From positions 560,535 through 624,534 of the forward strand of contig CAWEUW010000007.1 of the NCBI GenBank assembly GCA_963812375.1: DNA of 64,000 bases, written 5' to 3'. Shown here piece by piece: positions 63,057-64,000 of the stretch. The DNA is from an uncultured Acidimicrobiia bacterium (GTDB lineage: Bacteria; Actinomycetota; Acidimicrobiia; Spongiisociales; UBA5794). How positions within the stretch are numbered: the stretch's first letter is position 1; each line of letters opens with the position of its first letter. Position numbers and translations under genes: made by a program. A model generated the notes under the pieces. It was not told the origin of the DNA, made no database searches, and saw only the letters and a program-made list of their open reading frames with translations.

Positions 63057-64000
63057 CGCGAGGCACCGCCTTCGAGGATGGCCCGGGCGGCGAGCACGCC
63101 CGACCTGGTGGCGGCCTCGACACACCCCGCGTTGAGCCCGCAGTCGGTCCAGTCCCCGGCGAGAACGAGGTTGGCGTAGCCGGAGTCACCGGGACGGATC
63201 CGATGACGATCGGACCCGGGGAGGGACTGGACGTACCGGTCGGACGGGTCCGTGTTGGCCCGCCAGTACTGGTGCTCGAACCGGTCTGCTCCAGTCGGGC
63301 CGCCGGGCCCGGTGTGGAGCAGGTCCCACCGGAACCGTCCGGCACCGTCCACGGCGCCGGGCCACAGCGCCCCCACCGAGCGGTCGAGGAAGTCGACCGC
63401 CGACCGGCGCACGGTCTCAAGGTCGGCGTGCTCGTCGCCGGTGACCTGCCGCTCGTCCATCGACCCGCAGAAGTAAGCGAGGGCGCCGGGGCCGCCCACC
63501 GGCGCCCACCGTTCCCTGGGGAGCAGGTGCCCCATCGATGCCCACGTGTCGAACGGGTCGGCGAACCCGCTCAGCGTCACCCCGGGAGGCCCCGGCCAAC
63601 CGAGCTGGTCCTCGTCGGAGTCGAGCCACACCTGGAAGGACTGGGTGGCCACCGTGCCCAGCCGGTCAACCATCGCCGCCCAACGACGGTCGGTGGCCAC
63701 GATCTCGGGGCAGACATGGGGGATCATCCCCGCCGACACGGCGAGCACCGCCACGTCGAAGTCGGCGTCGGCGCGCAGCACCACCGTGCCCGAGTCCACC
63801 CGGGGCGCGTGGTGCGACTCGAGGTCGCCGGCCTCCGCAACGTCGATCTGGCTGTGGTCGGGACGGTCGGGCCAGCAGGGGAGACCCTTGACGACCACCA
63901 GGGGCTGGTACCGGGCGGTGTCGGAAGCTCGGCCGGCCTGGCGGCCGAGGACGATCTCCCCGACCGCATCGCCACGGTCGGCGAGCCTGACCTCGTCGAG
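63053..64000 (-). CDS. FAD/NAD(P)-dependent oxidoreductase, amine-oxidase/carotenoid-desaturase-like (C-terminal part; runs off right edge)
   Basis: DFD..VLA.S, TVATQS.Q.WL, QYWRAN.DPSDRYVQS.PG, NL.LAGDW...G.N.GCVEAA..SG..AA. Confidence 0.8.
   Translation of the reverse strand, partial: LDEVRLADRGDAVGEIVLGRQAGRASDTARYQPLVVVKGLPCWPDRPDHSQIDVAEAGDLESHHAPRVDSGTVVLRADADFDVAVLAVSAGMIPHVCPEIVATDRRWAAMVDRLGTVATQSFQVWLDSDEDQLGWPGPPGVTLSGFADPFDTWASMGHLLPRERWAPVGGPGALAYFCGSMDERQVTGDEHADLETVRRSAVDFLDRSVGALWPGAVDGAGRFRWDLLHTGPGGPTGADRFEHQYWRANTDPSDRYVQSLPGSDRHRIRPGDSGYANLVLAGDWTDCGLNAGCVEAATRSGVLAARAILEGGASR

Overview
High-GC (roughly 70% by eye) bacterial chromosomal window, most consistent with Actinomycetota, probably Acidimicrobiia (inference from gene content such as the F420-type LLM, the tRNA-Asp/Phe pair and Thr/Ala-linker lipoproteins). 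Many genes are split by single-base indels, concentrated in about 1-8 kb, 21-24 kb, 27-28 kb and 37-45 kb. This looks like long-read assembly error, so coordinates of split genes are approximate. Content from left to right: a divergent ArgH-like lyase and WecE aminotransferase; an amino-sugar utilisation operon (ROK repressor, ROK kinase, ABC importer, GH3, SIS isomerase); arsenic genes (arsR-arsM, arsC); OsmC plus flavoprotein; a membrane-anchored lipase fusion; a hydrolase/MurF-like/Ddl-like triad; a kinase-GT2 fusion; AlkZ/VOC/DrrAB resistance-type genes; a PGM1-like ATP-grasp ligase; an L-arabinose locus with YtfQRT-type importer and LacI regulator; a decayed island at tRNA-Phe; the circularly permuted ATP-grasp/alpha-E/transglutaminase operon; acs; and a terpenoid-type operon ending in an adenylate cyclase-STAND-TPR gene. 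The most striking structure is two separate ~600-630 bp cassettes (10558-11189, 54160-54760). Each has one DUF559 (Vsr-like) endonuclease gene bracketed by composite hairpin inverted repeats whose two ends co-vary within each cassette, a candidate REP-like mobile element without a transposase. Also notable is a 57-aa Pro-rich peptide gene missed by the ORF track, sitting directly upstream of a CxCG protein. No CRISPR array, rRNA, integrase or DDE transposase was seen.
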